From contig DAIQQK010000006.1 of assembly GCA_036786835.1 (NCBI GenBank), positions 1,131 to 65,130 of the forward strand: 64,000 bases of DNA, in the 5' to 3' direction. The notes below the pieces were generated by a model. The model was not told where the DNA came from. It worked only from the letters and a program-made list of their open reading frames with translations, and searched no databases. Each line of letters begins with the position of its first letter. The first letter of the stretch is position 1. This document shows positions 20,257 to 29,896 of the stretch, piece by piece. Source of the DNA: Acidimicrobiales bacterium. Lineage in GTDB: Bacteria > Actinomycetota > Acidimicrobiia > Acidimicrobiales > UBA8190. A program made the translations under genes and the position numbers.

Positions 20257-21852
20257 ATGTCGTTGGGCGACGTGGTGCGCGAAGCGGCGGCCCGTTACGG
20301 CGACGCACCTGTGTACGTCACCACGGACCATGGTGCGTTCAGCTACGCGCAGCTCGACCGCTTGTCCGAATCGGTGGCCTCGGGTCTCTCCGAGCGCGGG
20401 GTGGGGATCGGCGACGTGGTCGCGGTGCTCGTCGGATCGGGGCCCGCGTACGCGGTGGCGTATGCGGGCGCGGCCAAGCTCGGAGCTGTGGCGGCCGGTG
20501 TCAACGACCGGTTGTCGCCTCTCGAGAGGGCGCGCTGCCTGGCGTTGTCGCGGCCACGGCTCGTGATATCACCGGTCGGCATGTCGCTGCTCCCCTACGC
20601 GCAGGACGCGCACGGCGCGCACGGCGCAGGCACCCTCACCGACTCCTCCGAGATCGTCGAGGTCGACACCGAGGTCGCGCACGACGAGCTGCTGCACGAG
20701 CTTCGCGGCACGAAGACGACGCCGGAGCTCGGCGAGGATCTCGATCGACCGGTGGCGATCGTGTTCACCTCGGGAACGACCGGGATGCCGAAGGGCGCAT
20801 TGTTCTGCGGGCGCCAGCTCGACGCGATCAGCGACGCGGACGGGCAGATGCAGTGGGGCTCAGGTGGGCGCCAGCTGTCTCCGACCCCGTTCTCGCACGT
20901 CGGCTTCATGACGAAGTTCCCCCAGGCGCTTCGATCAGGCGGGACCACGTTCCTCATGAAGAGGTGGAATGCCTCCGAGGCGCTCGAGCTCGCCGAGCGC
21001 CACCGGGTGACGACGCTTGGGGGCATCCCGACGCAGATGGCGCTCATGCTCCGCCACGAGCGCTTCTCCGTCAGCGACCTGAGCAGCGTCGCGCTCGTCG
21101 CGCTCGGCGGAGGGCCTTGCACCGCGGCGCTCGTCCGCGAGTCGCGCGAGCGCCTCGGCGTGCCGGTCGTGGTGCGATACACCTCCACCGAGGCCGGGAT
21201 CGGCACGGGAACGGATCCCGACAGCCCTCCCGAGGACGCCGAGGAGACCGTCGGCCGCGCGCGACCTGGGGTCGAGGTGACCGTGCGCGACGACTCCGAC
21301 CGGGTCCTGGCGACCGGCGAGGTCGGAGAGGTGTGCCTTCGCTCCGCGGCCGTCATGAGCGGTTACTACTTGGACGAGGACTCGACAGCAGCGGTGATGA
21401 CGCCCGACGGAGCCCTGCGCACGGGGGACGTGGGGTTCCTCGACGCTCGCGGCCGCCTCCACCTCACGGGCCGTTCGAAGGAGATGTACGTGCGCGGCGG
21501 CTACAACGTCTATCCCGTGGAGGTTGAGGATGCCCTCGCCGACCACCCCCAGGTCGCCCACGTCGCGGTCGCGCCGCGCCCAGACCCTGTCATGGGCGAG
21601 ATCGGCGTCGCGGTCGTGGTGGCGCGCCGAGGCGGGGAAGCCCCGTCGCTCGAGTCTCTTCGAGAGCACGCTCGGCGCCGGTTGGCCTCTTACAAGCTTC
21701 CCGAGGACGTCCTCGTAACAGACGACCTCCCGCGCACCGCCGTGGAGAAGATCGACCGGAGGGCGTTGGCGGGGATGGTCGGCGCTGTCTCTCAGGACTC
21801 GCGATCCTCGGGTTCTTCGGGTTCTTCGGGTTCTTCCGGGCCGCCCCGGTAG
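20257..21852 (+). CDS. Acyl-CoA synthetase (AMP-forming)
   Basis: FTSGTTGMPKG, TGDVGFLDARGRLHLTGRSKEM, EKIDRRAL. C-terminal SSGSSGSSGSSG tail. Confidence 0.9.
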   Translation: MSLGDVVREAAARYGDAPVYVTTDHGAFSYAQLDRLSESVASGLSERGVGIGDVVAVLVGSGPAYAVAYAGAAKLGAVAAGVNDRLSPLERARCLALSRPRLVISPVGMSLLPYAQDAHGAHGAGTLTDSSEIVEVDTEVAHDELLHELRGTKTTPELGEDLDRPVAIVFTSGTTGMPKGALFCGRQLDAISDADGQMQWGSGGRQLSPTPFSHVGFMTKFPQALRSGGTTFLMKRWNASEALELAERHRVTTLGGIPTQMALMLRHERFSVSDLSSVALVALGGGPCTAALVRESRERLGVPVVVRYTSTEAGIGTGTDPDSPPEDAEETVGRARPGVEVTVRDDSDRVLATGEVGEVCLRSAAVMSGYYLDEDSTAAVMTPDGALRTGDVGFLDARGRLHLTGRSKEMYVRGGYNVYPVEVEDALADHPQVAHVAVAPRPDPVMGEIGVAVVVARRGGEAPSLESLREHARRRLASYKLPEDVLVTDDLPRTAVEKIDRRALAGMVGAVSQDSRSSGSSGSSGSSGPPR

Positions 21853-22439
21853 CGGACGTACACGAAGCTCGGGCCTTCGTCGCTCGGGTGGCCCGAGTCG
21901 AACATCCCGGCCCAGCGGCGCACGAATCCCGCCTTCTCGAGCGCGCGCCACGACCTGCGGTTGACCTGCTGCACCGCGACGGTGAGCACAGAGCAGTCGC
22001 GGTAGCGGGCGAAGGTCTCCTCGCAGAAGAGGTCGATCATCTCGCTCCCGATGCCCTTTCCGAGAAGGTGCTCGTCCCCGATGAGGTAGTCGATGCCGGC
22101 CGCGTCTCCAGGGGTCGCTGCAGGCTCGAGGGCGTGCCCGTAGGTCGGGTTGTCGCTCACGAGGTATCGCTGGATCAGCCCGATCGGCTCCCCGTATCGC
22201 TCGACCACGAAGACCTCCGTCGGGTCCTTGCCGTCGATCGCCGGGCCGTACTCGGACTCGATGGTCTCCAGATCCGAAGGATCGCGCCACCACGCCGCGA
22301 CGTGGGCCGACGCGAGCCACGCGGAGAGCATGACGAAGTCCTCGCGATCAAGAGGACGAAATCGAATCGTCGCGTCGCCGGCGTCTGTCACCGTGTGAGC
22401 CCTTCCCTCGAGGCATCCGAGCGTAGCGGCGCCCTGCAC
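21792..22439 (-). CDS. GNAT-family N-acetyltransferase
   Basis: LIGDEHLLGKGIGSEMI (CoA-binding loop), HVAAWW motif as in aminoglycoside/lysine N-acyltransferase-type GNATs. Possible GTG start at 22391. PEEPEEPEEPE tail. Confidence 0.75.
   Translation of the reverse strand: MQGAATLGCLEGRAHTVTDAGDATIRFRPLDREDFVMLSAWLASAHVAAWWRDPSDLETIESEYGPAIDGKDPTEVFVVERYGEPIGLIQRYLVSDNPTYGHALEPAATPGDAAGIDYLIGDEHLLGKGIGSEMIDLFCEETFARYRDCSVLTVAVQQVNRRSWRALEKAGFVRRWAGMFDSGHPSDEGPSFVYVRYRGGPEEPEEPEEPEDRES
21808..21834. repeat. 9-bp x3 tandem repeat TCGGGTTCT shared by two convergent overlapping CDS
   Basis: Read as SGSSGSSGS on plus and PEEPEEPEE on minus. Confidence 0.9.
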
Positions 22440-22454
22440 GGTCGCTCCCGAGCA

Positions 22455-22470
22455 CTGACGGCATCGTCAG
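22455..22470. promoter_or_regulatory. Candidate operator CTGACGGCATCGTCAG (perfect palindrome)
   Basis: Intergenic, about 30 nt upstream of DUF35 gene 22502. Confidence 0.5.
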
Positions 22471-22501
22471 CTTCCTGCGACGTGTCGTAGAGTCTCCCGC
22501 C

Positions 22502-22924
22502 GTGACAGCGAGCGGCCCTCCCATACGTCTACTACCCAGGCTCGACGAGACGAACTCGTTCTTCTGGACCGCGGGCGAGGAGGGTGAGCTCAAGTTCCTT
22601 CGCTGTGGCGAATGCGGCAAGCTCTTCCACCCCCCTGCGCCGCTGTGCGCGTACTGCCTCTCGCGCAGCGTCGCACCTTCGACCGTCAGCGGACGCGCCC
22701 GCATCCACTCGTTCACGGTCAACCATCAGCAGTGGGTACCCGGCTCGGATCCCTACGTCATCGCACTGGTCACGATCGCCGAGCAGGAGGACATACGGCT
22801 CACGACCAACCTGGTCGGCTGCGACGCGAGCGACGTGCACATCGGCATGGAGGTGGAGGTCACCTTCGAGGCGCACGACGACGTGTGGCTGCCACTTTTC
22901 CGTCCGTCGGCGACGTCGCTATGA
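22502..22924 (+). CDS. DUF35 Zn-ribbon/OB-fold protein
   Basis: CGECGKLFHPPAPLCAYC followed by an OB-fold (GRARIHSFTVNHQ...). Confidence 0.85.
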   Translation: MTASGPPIRLLPRLDETNSFFWTAGEEGELKFLRCGECGKLFHPPAPLCAYCLSRSVAPSTVSGRARIHSFTVNHQQWVPGSDPYVIALVTIAEQEDIRLTTNLVGCDASDVHIGMEVEVTFEAHDDVWLPLFRPSATSL

Positions 22925-24138
22925 GCCGCCCCGAGCGCCTCGAGCGGCGCGCAGTCATATCTGGGATCGGGCAGTCCCAGGTGGGGCGCCGGATCGGACG
23001 AGGCGAGCTCGACCTCACCCTCGAGGCGTGTCTGGCAGCCGTTGCGGACGCCGGGCTCACCCGGGACGACATCGACGGGCTGTCGACCTACCCCGGCGCC
23101 GGATTCGGCCCGGGCGGGTTCGCGGGGCCCCCGAGCCCCGAGGTGCAGGACGCACTGCGGCTGCGGCTCAACTGGCACGACGGGGGGATCGAGGGACCAG
23201 GCCAGTTGCGCGCGATCTTCTCGGCATGCCTCGCTGTCGCCGCGGGGCTTGCGCGCCACGTGCTCGTCTACCGGACCGTGACCGAGGCGACCGCTCAGGG
23301 TTCCGGAGGGCGCCAGGGCATCGGCGGTGGAGGAGGTGGAAGCAGGGGTGTGCCGAGGTTCTCCGGCTTCATGCAATGGACGCTGCCGTTCGGCGCTGTG
23401 TCCGCCGCGAACTGGATCGCGCAGATAGCACAGCTGCGCGTGCACCGGTTCGGGCTCACACGCGAGCAACTCGCGCAGATCGCCTTGAACGGCCGGCGCA
23501 ACGCGGCGCTCAACGAGCGCGCCATCTACAGAGAGCCGCTCACGCTGGAGGACTATCTCGGGGCCCGCATGGTCTCGACACCCTTGTGCCTCTACGACTG
23601 CGACGCCCCGTGCGACGGCTCGACCGCCGTGGTCGTCTCCCACGCCGACTACGCGAAGGACGCTCCCCGGCCCGCCTGTCACGTGAACGCGATCGGCACC
23701 GCCCTGCGCGGCCGTCCGAGCTGGGACCAGTTCGACGACATGACGACGTTCTCTGCTCGTGACGCCGCCGCGAGCATGTGGGAGCGCACCGAGTTTCGGC
23801 CGCAGGACGTCGACGTCGCCGAGCTCTACGACGGCTTCTCGATCCTCACCATGGTGTGGCTCGAGGAGCTCGGCTTCTGCGCCAAGGGCGAGAGCGGGAA
23901 GTTCGTCGAGGGCGGCAAACGGATCGCGCTGGACGGGGAGCTGCCGTTGAACACCGGTGGGGGTCAGCTCTCGGCAGGGCGGCTGCACGGCTTCGGCCTG
24001 TTGCACGAGGCGTGCCTGCAGCTGCGCGGCGAGGGCGAGGCGCGTCAGGTTCCCGGAGCGCCGCAGGTCGCAGCCGTTGCCGCCGGCGGGGGGCCCATAG
24101 CCGGCTGCATGCTGCTCACCAGGGGACCGGGCTCCTGA
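22921..24138 (+). CDS. Thiolase-fold protein, SCP-x type
   Basis: ATG 22921 (ATGA overlap with the DUF35 stop). VISGIGQSQVGRR, GGGQLSAGRLHGFG. Confidence 0.85.
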   Translation: MSRPERLERRAVISGIGQSQVGRRIGRGELDLTLEACLAAVADAGLTRDDIDGLSTYPGAGFGPGGFAGPPSPEVQDALRLRLNWHDGGIEGPGQLRAIFSACLAVAAGLARHVLVYRTVTEATAQGSGGRQGIGGGGGGSRGVPRFSGFMQWTLPFGAVSAANWIAQIAQLRVHRFGLTREQLAQIALNGRRNAALNERAIYREPLTLEDYLGARMVSTPLCLYDCDAPCDGSTAVVVSHADYAKDAPRPACHVNAIGTALRGRPSWDQFDDMTTFSARDAAASMWERTEFRPQDVDVAELYDGFSILTMVWLEELGFCAKGESGKFVEGGKRIALDGELPLNTGGGQLSAGRLHGFGLLHEACLQLRGEGEARQVPGAPQVAAVAAGGGPIAGCMLLTRGPGS

Positions 24139-24203
24139 CACTGCCCTCCTGACCCTGCTCTCCTGACCTGCTCCCCCGAGCGCCGGCCGCCGGCCACCCA
24201 AAA

Positions 24204-24219
24204 CTGACACGAGCGTCAG
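24204..24219. promoter_or_regulatory. Candidate operator CTGACACGAGCGTCAG
   Basis: Intergenic, about 20 nt upstream of ACAD 24239. Confidence 0.5.
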
Positions 24220-24238
24220 GCGGCTACGATGCCCGGCC

Positions 24239-25441
24239 GTGCGGCTGGGATACGACTCCGAGACCGAGGCCTTCCGGGAGGAGCTGAGCGCCTGGATAAA
24301 GGAGAACCTGCCGACGCCCTCCGAAAGGGCCGAGCGCGTCCGCTCGTCGGCGCACATCCCGGACTGGGCGCGCAAGTGGCAGCGCAAGCTCTTCGACAGC
24401 GGGTGGCTCGTACCGGGTTGGCCCCCGGAGCTCGGAGGCCGCAACGCCACTCCGATTCAGCAGATGGTGTACTTCGAGGAGCTCACCCGGCTCGAGGTCC
24501 CCCGCACCTGCAACCCCCAGGGTCTGTCGATCGTGACGCCCTCGATCCTCGACTACGGAAGCGAGGAGCAGAAGAGGGATTTCGCCCTTCGATCCCTTCG
24601 CGCGGAGATCACGTGGTGCCTGGGAATGAGCGAGCCGGACGCAGGCAGCGACCTCGCGGGACTACGGACCCGTGCCGAACGGCACGGAGACGTCTTCGTC
24701 GTGAACGGCCAGAAGGTGTGGACCTCCGGGGCGCACGATGCCGACTTCTGCTTTTGCTTCGTGCGCACCGACCCCGACGCACCCAAGCATGCCGGCCTGA
24801 GCGTCTTGATCGTCGACATGAAGACACCGGGGATCGAGGCCCGCCCGCTCGCGGAGCTGAACGACCGCGACCGCGCCGACTTCAACGAGGTCTTCTTCAC
24901 GGACGTCGAGGTCCCCGCCGAGAACCTCGTCGGCGAGCTCAACCACGGCTGGTCGGTGGCCCGCGGGTCGCTCGCGCACGAGCGCGCCATGTTGTGGATC
25001 GAGCAGGCCGCCGGTCTCGAGAGGATCCTCGGTCGCGTCGTGCAGACCGCCACCTCGCCCCTACCCGGAGGACGCCGGCTGGCCGACGATCCCTCGTTCA
25101 GGAGCACCGTCGGACGTGCCTACGTGAAGTCCCAGGCACTCAAGCTCCTCGGCTATCGCGGGTTCGCGAAGTTCGCCAAGGGCCAGACGTCGCCCGAGCA
25201 CTCCGTGCTCAAGCTCCTCGGCAGCGAGCTGCGCCGGGACTTGGCTCTCGACGTCGGGGAGGCACTCGGGCCGATCGGCTTGGACCTCGACCGCCTCGAC
25301 TCGCCCGCGAACGCGCGCGGAGACGACCAGGCATGGCTGCTCCACTGGCTCCAGTCGTTCTCGGGGACGATCGCCGGCGGCACCTCGGAGATACAGCGAA
25401 ACATCATCGCCGAGCGCGTGCTCGGACTTCCGCGCTCTTAG
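24239..25441 (+). CDS. Acyl-CoA dehydrogenase
   Basis: LGYDSETEAFREELSAWIKENL, CLGMSEPDAGSDLAGL, IAGGTSEIQRNIIAERVLGLP. Confidence 0.9.
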   Translation: MRLGYDSETEAFREELSAWIKENLPTPSERAERVRSSAHIPDWARKWQRKLFDSGWLVPGWPPELGGRNATPIQQMVYFEELTRLEVPRTCNPQGLSIVTPSILDYGSEEQKRDFALRSLRAEITWCLGMSEPDAGSDLAGLRTRAERHGDVFVVNGQKVWTSGAHDADFCFCFVRTDPDAPKHAGLSVLIVDMKTPGIEARPLAELNDRDRADFNEVFFTDVEVPAENLVGELNHGWSVARGSLAHERAMLWIEQAAGLERILGRVVQTATSPLPGGRRLADDPSFRSTVGRAYVKSQALKLLGYRGFAKFAKGQTSPEHSVLKLLGSELRRDLALDVGEALGPIGLDLDRLDSPANARGDDQAWLLHWLQSFSGTIAGGTSEIQRNIIAERVLGLPRS

Positions 25442-25463
25442 AGCGCTCGAAGTGGACGACGAC

Positions 25464-25497
25464 TACCGGGACGACGGGATTACCGGGACGACGGGAG
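25464..25497 (+). repeat. 17-bp x2 tandem duplication TACCGGGACGACGGGA(T/G) immediately upstream of the PaaK-like start
   Basis: Direct reading. The second copy supplies the GGGAG RBS-like element. Confidence 0.85.
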
Positions 25498-25503
25498 CAA
25501 GAC

Positions 25504-26826
25504 ATGCCTAGCTACGGTCCAGAGGTGCTGGGACCTCCGCCACGCGATCCGAAACAGAAGTTCTGGGATCCCGAGATCCAGACGATGGACCGGGAGCGTC
25601 TGCGCCAACTTCAGAACGAGAGGTTGCGGGAGCTCGTGCGAAAGGTGTTCGAGACCCCGGTCCCGTTCTTCAAGGACAAGCTCGTCGCAGCCGGCGTCGG
25701 AGCTCCCGAGGACTTGAAGACCGTGGACGACCTGAGCCGCGTGCCGCTAACGGTCAAGCAGGAACTGCGCGACTCGGAGGCCGAGAACCCGCCGTTCGGC
25801 ACATACCGCTTTACCGACCCGCGAGCCGCTGTGCGCATCGGGACGTCGACCGGCACGACAGGAGTGCCCACCATCTCGATCTGGACCCGCCACGATCTGT
25901 GGATCGAATACGAAGCCTCCGCGCGCATTTGGTGGCGCTCCGGGTACCGGCCGGGGATGGTCGTCACGCACGCTCACCCCGCTTACCTCTACGGGGGCGG
26001 ACCGATGCTGTCGGGGTCCTACGAGTACTTCGGAATGCTCAACATTTGGGTCCCGCCTCCCGACACCGACGACCTCGCGGAGCAGGCGCTCCGCTTCTGG
26101 ACGCGGGTAAAGCCCGACATCCCTTTCATGGGCTTCTCCACGGGCCGTTTCTTCGAGGTCGCCAACAAGCTGGGTATCAAGCCCTCGGACGCGGGTCTCG
26201 AGTTCAAGGCCATGCCCGGATTCGGGATGGGAAAGGGGATGCCGCTCATGACGGCCGGGGCGGAGTGCTTCGCGTACGTTGGAAGCGCGTGCGGAGAGCT
26301 CCCGGGGGCCCACATCGCCGAGGATCTCGCAGTCGTGCAGGCTGTCGACCCCGCAACGGGACAGGAGGTTCCCGACGGAGAGTGGGGCGATCTGGTGGTG
26401 ACGACCCTGGGCCGCGACAACGGACTGTTGCGCTACGACCTCGAGGAAGCTTGCGCGATCCTGCGCGAGCCGTGCCCGTGCGGCGAGACGAGCATCCGCG
26501 GACTGTGGGGCGGCAGGTTCAAGGACCTCGTCTCCTCCCAGGGCAAGCGCTTCCAGGCCGAGGAAGTCGCATCGGCGCTGCGACGAGTGAGCGACGTCTC
26601 CGAGCCTTCGCTCGAATGGCAGATGGTGCGTCCTGCACAGGATTCGTCGCCCCTCGTCGTGCGAGTCGAGCGCGGGCTCGGGGCGTCCGAAGACGACGCC
26701 GAGGTCGCAGCGCGCTGCGCTGCTGCGATCCGCGAGACGCTCGGGATCGAGTCCTCGATCGAGGTGCTAGAACGCGAGGCGATCCCGCGCTCTGGCTACA
26801 AGGCCGCGCGCCTCGTCGACGAATGA
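25504..26826 (+). CDS. Phenylacetate-CoA ligase-like (PaaK / F390-synthetase family) adenylate-forming enzyme
   Basis: ATG 25504. FWDPEIQTMDRERLRQLQNERLRELV, TSTGTTGVPT, about 440 aa. Confidence 0.85.
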   Translation: MPSYGPEVLGPPPRDPKQKFWDPEIQTMDRERLRQLQNERLRELVRKVFETPVPFFKDKLVAAGVGAPEDLKTVDDLSRVPLTVKQELRDSEAENPPFGTYRFTDPRAAVRIGTSTGTTGVPTISIWTRHDLWIEYEASARIWWRSGYRPGMVVTHAHPAYLYGGGPMLSGSYEYFGMLNIWVPPPDTDDLAEQALRFWTRVKPDIPFMGFSTGRFFEVANKLGIKPSDAGLEFKAMPGFGMGKGMPLMTAGAECFAYVGSACGELPGAHIAEDLAVVQAVDPATGQEVPDGEWGDLVVTTLGRDNGLLRYDLEEACAILREPCPCGETSIRGLWGGRFKDLVSSQGKRFQAEEVASALRRVSDVSEPSLEWQMVRPAQDSSPLVVRVERGLGASEDDAEVAARCAAAIRETLGIESSIEVLEREAIPRSGYKAARLVDE

Positions 26827-28382
26827 CCCACGACTCTCTGCACGACCTCACGCTCGCGGACGTCCTGAGGGGGCACGCCACCACCAGACCCCGCAGCACT
26901 GCTGCAGTGTGCGAGGGGCATCGCTTCGACTACGCGGCGCTCGACTCGCGCACGAGCCGGCTCGCCGCTGCCCTGGCGACGAGAGGCGTCGGCCCAGGTG
27001 ACAGGCTGCTTTGGCTGGGCCAGAACTGCCACCGGCTCCTCGAAGGGCTCCTGGCCGCGGCGAAGCTCGGTGCGGCCTTCTGCCCTGCCAACTGGCGTCA
27101 GGCACCGGCGGAATTCGCATTCGTCATCGAGGACAGCGACCCAGCCGTCGTGTTCTGGCAGGAAGCGGAGATCGGCGATGCGTTGCGCCAAGCCCGGGCA
27201 GAGTCCGCTTCGCGGGCCTTGTGGGTACAGCACGACGGCTCGGGCGAAGACGGCTACGAGGCTCTGCTGGAGAGCGCCGCCGTGGAAAGGCCCGCGACGG
27301 CTGTGGACGACCCAGCGGCGGCTGTGGACGAGCGCGACTCCGTTCTCATGATGTACACCGCCGCGTTCTCCGGCAAGCCGAACGGTGCGCTCCTGTCCCA
27401 CCGGGCGCTCGTGCTCCAGGGCTCGTTCGTCGCGCAGATCATGGGGATCGGCGCCGACTACGTGTACCTGAACTGTGGGCCGCTGTTCCACGTGGCGACT
27501 TTCATGACGACGCTCGCGACGTTCGTCTGCGGCGGCGTGAACGTGTTCACTCCCCGGGTGGACGCCGAAGAGCTGTGCCGGCTGATCAGCGAGGAGCACT
27601 GCACCGGCGCGTTCGTCATGCCGCCCACGATCGACCAGATCATCGAGCTCAACGCGTCTGGAAGCTACGACTTGAAGACCCTTCGTACCTTCCGCGGCAA
27701 GCCGGCGTGGACCGAGATGATCACCGTCGACGACAGCCCTTGGGGACGCCACCCCGCCGGTTACGGGCAGACCGAGGTGATGGGGCTCGCCACCTTCAAC
27801 GCCCTGGGACCTTGTACCGGGAGCCACGGCAGGCCTGCTCCCTTCGTGCGCATAGGGGTGCTCGACCCTGCCGGTGACCTGCTCGCACCAGGGGAGACGG
27901 GCGAGATCGCCGTTCGCGGCCCGACGGTGATGAAAGGCTACTTCGGACGCCCCGAGCTGAACAGCGAGCGCCAGGCCGGTGGTTGGCACCACACCAACGA
28001 CCTCGGCCGGATCGAGGAGGACGGATCGCTCAGCTTCATCGGGCCGAAGACCCGCCTCATCAAGTCCGCCGCCGAGAACATCTATCCGACCGAGGTGGAA
28101 GGGGCGCTGCGTTCGCATCCCTCGGTCGCGGACGCAGCCGTCATCGGTGTGCCCGACCCGACATGGGGCCAGAACGTGAAAGCCGTCGTGGTATTGCGCG
28201 AGGGCGAGTCACTCGAGGCAGACGACCTGATCGAGCACTGCCGCAAGAGCCTCGCTTCCTACAAGAAGCCCAAGTCGGTCGAGGTCGTCGACGCGCTCCC
28301 CCGGCAGGGTTTCGCCGTCGACTACGAGGCGCTCGACGAGCGATTCGGCGGGGGTGGCTACCCGGGCAGCGGACGCTTCTGA
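26823..28382 (+). CDS. Acyl-CoA synthetase (AMP-forming)
   Basis: ATG 26823 (ATGA overlap). YTAAFSGKPNGALLSH, GYGQTE, TNDLGRIEEDGSLSFIGPKTRLIKS, SYKKPKSVEVV. Confidence 0.9.
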   Translation: MTHDSLHDLTLADVLRGHATTRPRSTAAVCEGHRFDYAALDSRTSRLAAALATRGVGPGDRLLWLGQNCHRLLEGLLAAAKLGAAFCPANWRQAPAEFAFVIEDSDPAVVFWQEAEIGDALRQARAESASRALWVQHDGSGEDGYEALLESAAVERPATAVDDPAAAVDERDSVLMMYTAAFSGKPNGALLSHRALVLQGSFVAQIMGIGADYVYLNCGPLFHVATFMTTLATFVCGGVNVFTPRVDAEELCRLISEEHCTGAFVMPPTIDQIIELNASGSYDLKTLRTFRGKPAWTEMITVDDSPWGRHPAGYGQTEVMGLATFNALGPCTGSHGRPAPFVRIGVLDPAGDLLAPGETGEIAVRGPTVMKGYFGRPELNSERQAGGWHHTNDLGRIEEDGSLSFIGPKTRLIKSAAENIYPTEVEGALRSHPSVADAAVIGVPDPTWGQNVKAVVVLREGESLEADDLIEHCRKSLASYKKPKSVEVVDALPRQGFAVDYEALDERFGGGGYPGSGRF

Positions 28383-28412
28383 GGGTCCTGGCTTCGACGA
28401 GCGACCCGGCGG

Positions 28413-29414
28413 ATGATGTACCAAATGGCTTCGACGACCAGACCGCGAAGAAGCGAGGCGGCTTCTGTGGACGATGCCCGGCCCGACCCTCTGGTCCATG
28501 CGGGCGCGCTCACAAGGCTGACTCCCTTCGACGGCGTGGCCGCCGTCACCGCTCGAGGCATAGGGACGGTGGGCCGGATGTTCACGTTCGACCTGGTGCG
28601 CAGGGCTCGCGCGGCCCAACTGCGCCGGATGCAGATGGCTCCACCCGAGGTGGACCCCTCAGATCCGCCGTGGTGCGCCCCGGGATCGGCCAGTTGGGTC
28701 ATCCACGGCGACGCGTCGTTCCCGGTCGGAGGGGTGCTCGCTCTTTGGACACAAGCTCTGCACCCGCTCGCTCTCGCCGGGGTGATGGAACATTCCGACT
28801 TCGCCGAGCACCCGATCCGCCGTGCGCTTCGCACAGGCTGGTTCGTCTACACGACGACGTTCAGGCCGGGATCCGAGGCCGAGCTCGCCTGTGCACAGGT
28901 GCGCCAGATCCACACGCGGATCGTAGGAACCGCCCCCGATGGCCGGAGGTACTCGGCAGGTGATCCCGAGCTCCTCGACTGGATCCACTGTGCGCTGTTG
29001 CTGTCGATCGCGCGCGCGTGGCTGCTGTACGGGGATCGCCCGAACGTCGACCTCCTCGACGCCTACGTTGCCGAGCAGGCCCGGGTGCCACGCGAGCTGG
29101 GCGATCCCTCGCCCCCCGAGACCTGGGGGCAGCTGCTCGATCGGCTGCGTGAGCACAGGCGCTCCCTCGCGGTGAACGAGCAGACGCGCTGGATCGGCTC
29201 GTGGCTCGCGAGCCCGGGATTGCCCGCGACGATGCGGGTCGCCCTTCCCGCGTATCGCCTTCTGCACGCTCTCTCCGTCGCGGCGGCCCCCGCCTGGGTG
29301 AGAGACATGTGGGGGGCCGGCATGCCCGTTCTCCCGGTGCGGGCCGCCGGGAAGATCCTCCTCAGCGGTGTGGGCAGTCTCACAGGGCCCTACGCGTCGT
29401 ACAGCGCAGCCTGA
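28413..29414 (+). CDS. MpaB/DUF2236-family oxygenase-like protein
   Basis: WVIHGDASFPVGGVLALWTQALHPLALAGVMEHSDF, QIHTRIVG...DPELLDWIH. Confidence 0.7.
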   Translation: MMYQMASTTRPRRSEAASVDDARPDPLVHAGALTRLTPFDGVAAVTARGIGTVGRMFTFDLVRRARAAQLRRMQMAPPEVDPSDPPWCAPGSASWVIHGDASFPVGGVLALWTQALHPLALAGVMEHSDFAEHPIRRALRTGWFVYTTTFRPGSEAELACAQVRQIHTRIVGTAPDGRRYSAGDPELLDWIHCALLLSIARAWLLYGDRPNVDLLDAYVAEQARVPRELGDPSPPETWGQLLDRLREHRRSLAVNEQTRWIGSWLASPGLPATMRVALPAYRLLHALSVAAAPAWVRDMWGAGMPVLPVRAAGKILLSGVGSLTGPYASYSAA

Positions 29415-29474
29415 TCGCACAGCCGGTGATCACGGCTCGGCTGGAAGCCGCCCACCTTCGACGAAGCCGGCGCT

Positions 29475-29834
29475 TCAGGACCCGAACGCCTGACGCATCC
29501 GCACCTCGATCAGCTTCTTGACGAGCGCTTCGGGCAGCGGCCGGTCAATGGGGAATTTGAGCGCCCCCCGACCCTCCGACGTCCCGTAACCCGCGACTTC
29601 CTCAGCGAGCTCGGGAAGGACGGATCCGCTGTGCGGAAGGTAGCTCAGGTGGTTCTTGAACGCAGCGAACCCCGCGATCACCTTTCCGCGCACCTTGAAC
29701 GCAGGCAGTCCGTAAGAAAGGCCCTGTTCCACATCTGGCGCAGCGCCGAGGATCGTTCTCCGCAACTGCTCCAGGGTGCTTCGCTTGGGCTCTTCGAGCG
29801 CCGCCAGGTAGTCGTCGATCTCCTTCTCGGACAT
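29475..29834 (-). CDS. DUF1801 (YdhG-like) protein
   Basis: EIDDYLAALEEPKRSTLEQLRRTIL, GLPAFKVRGKVIAGFAAFKNHLSYLP. Confidence 0.75.
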   Translation of the reverse strand: MSEKEIDDYLAALEEPKRSTLEQLRRTILGAAPDVEQGLSYGLPAFKVRGKVIAGFAAFKNHLSYLPHSGSVLPELAEEVAGYGTSEGRGALKFPIDRPLPEALVKKLIEVRMRQAFGS

Positions 29835-29896
29835 GACTCAATGTTCTCACTTCGAACCACGGAAGACTCACCCCGAGGCGTGCGAGGCTGGAGCTC

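Noticed and set aside
13320-28382. Very long listed ORFs (13320..14531, 18499..20238, 22612..24138, 24229..26826, 25899..28382; likewise 31196..31786, 42059..42934, 53530..54060) taken at face value.
   Set aside because: Only the downstream part of each matches a protein family. The upstream parts run through the neighbouring gene in another frame. Internal ATG/GTG starts with RBSs or ATGA/GTGA overlaps give normal-sized proteins.
29851-29860. A tRNA-like TTCGAACC string, plus a general search for tRNA or rRNA genes.
   Set aside because: No cloverleaf context or acceptor stem could be built, and I noticed no rRNA-like conserved stretches.
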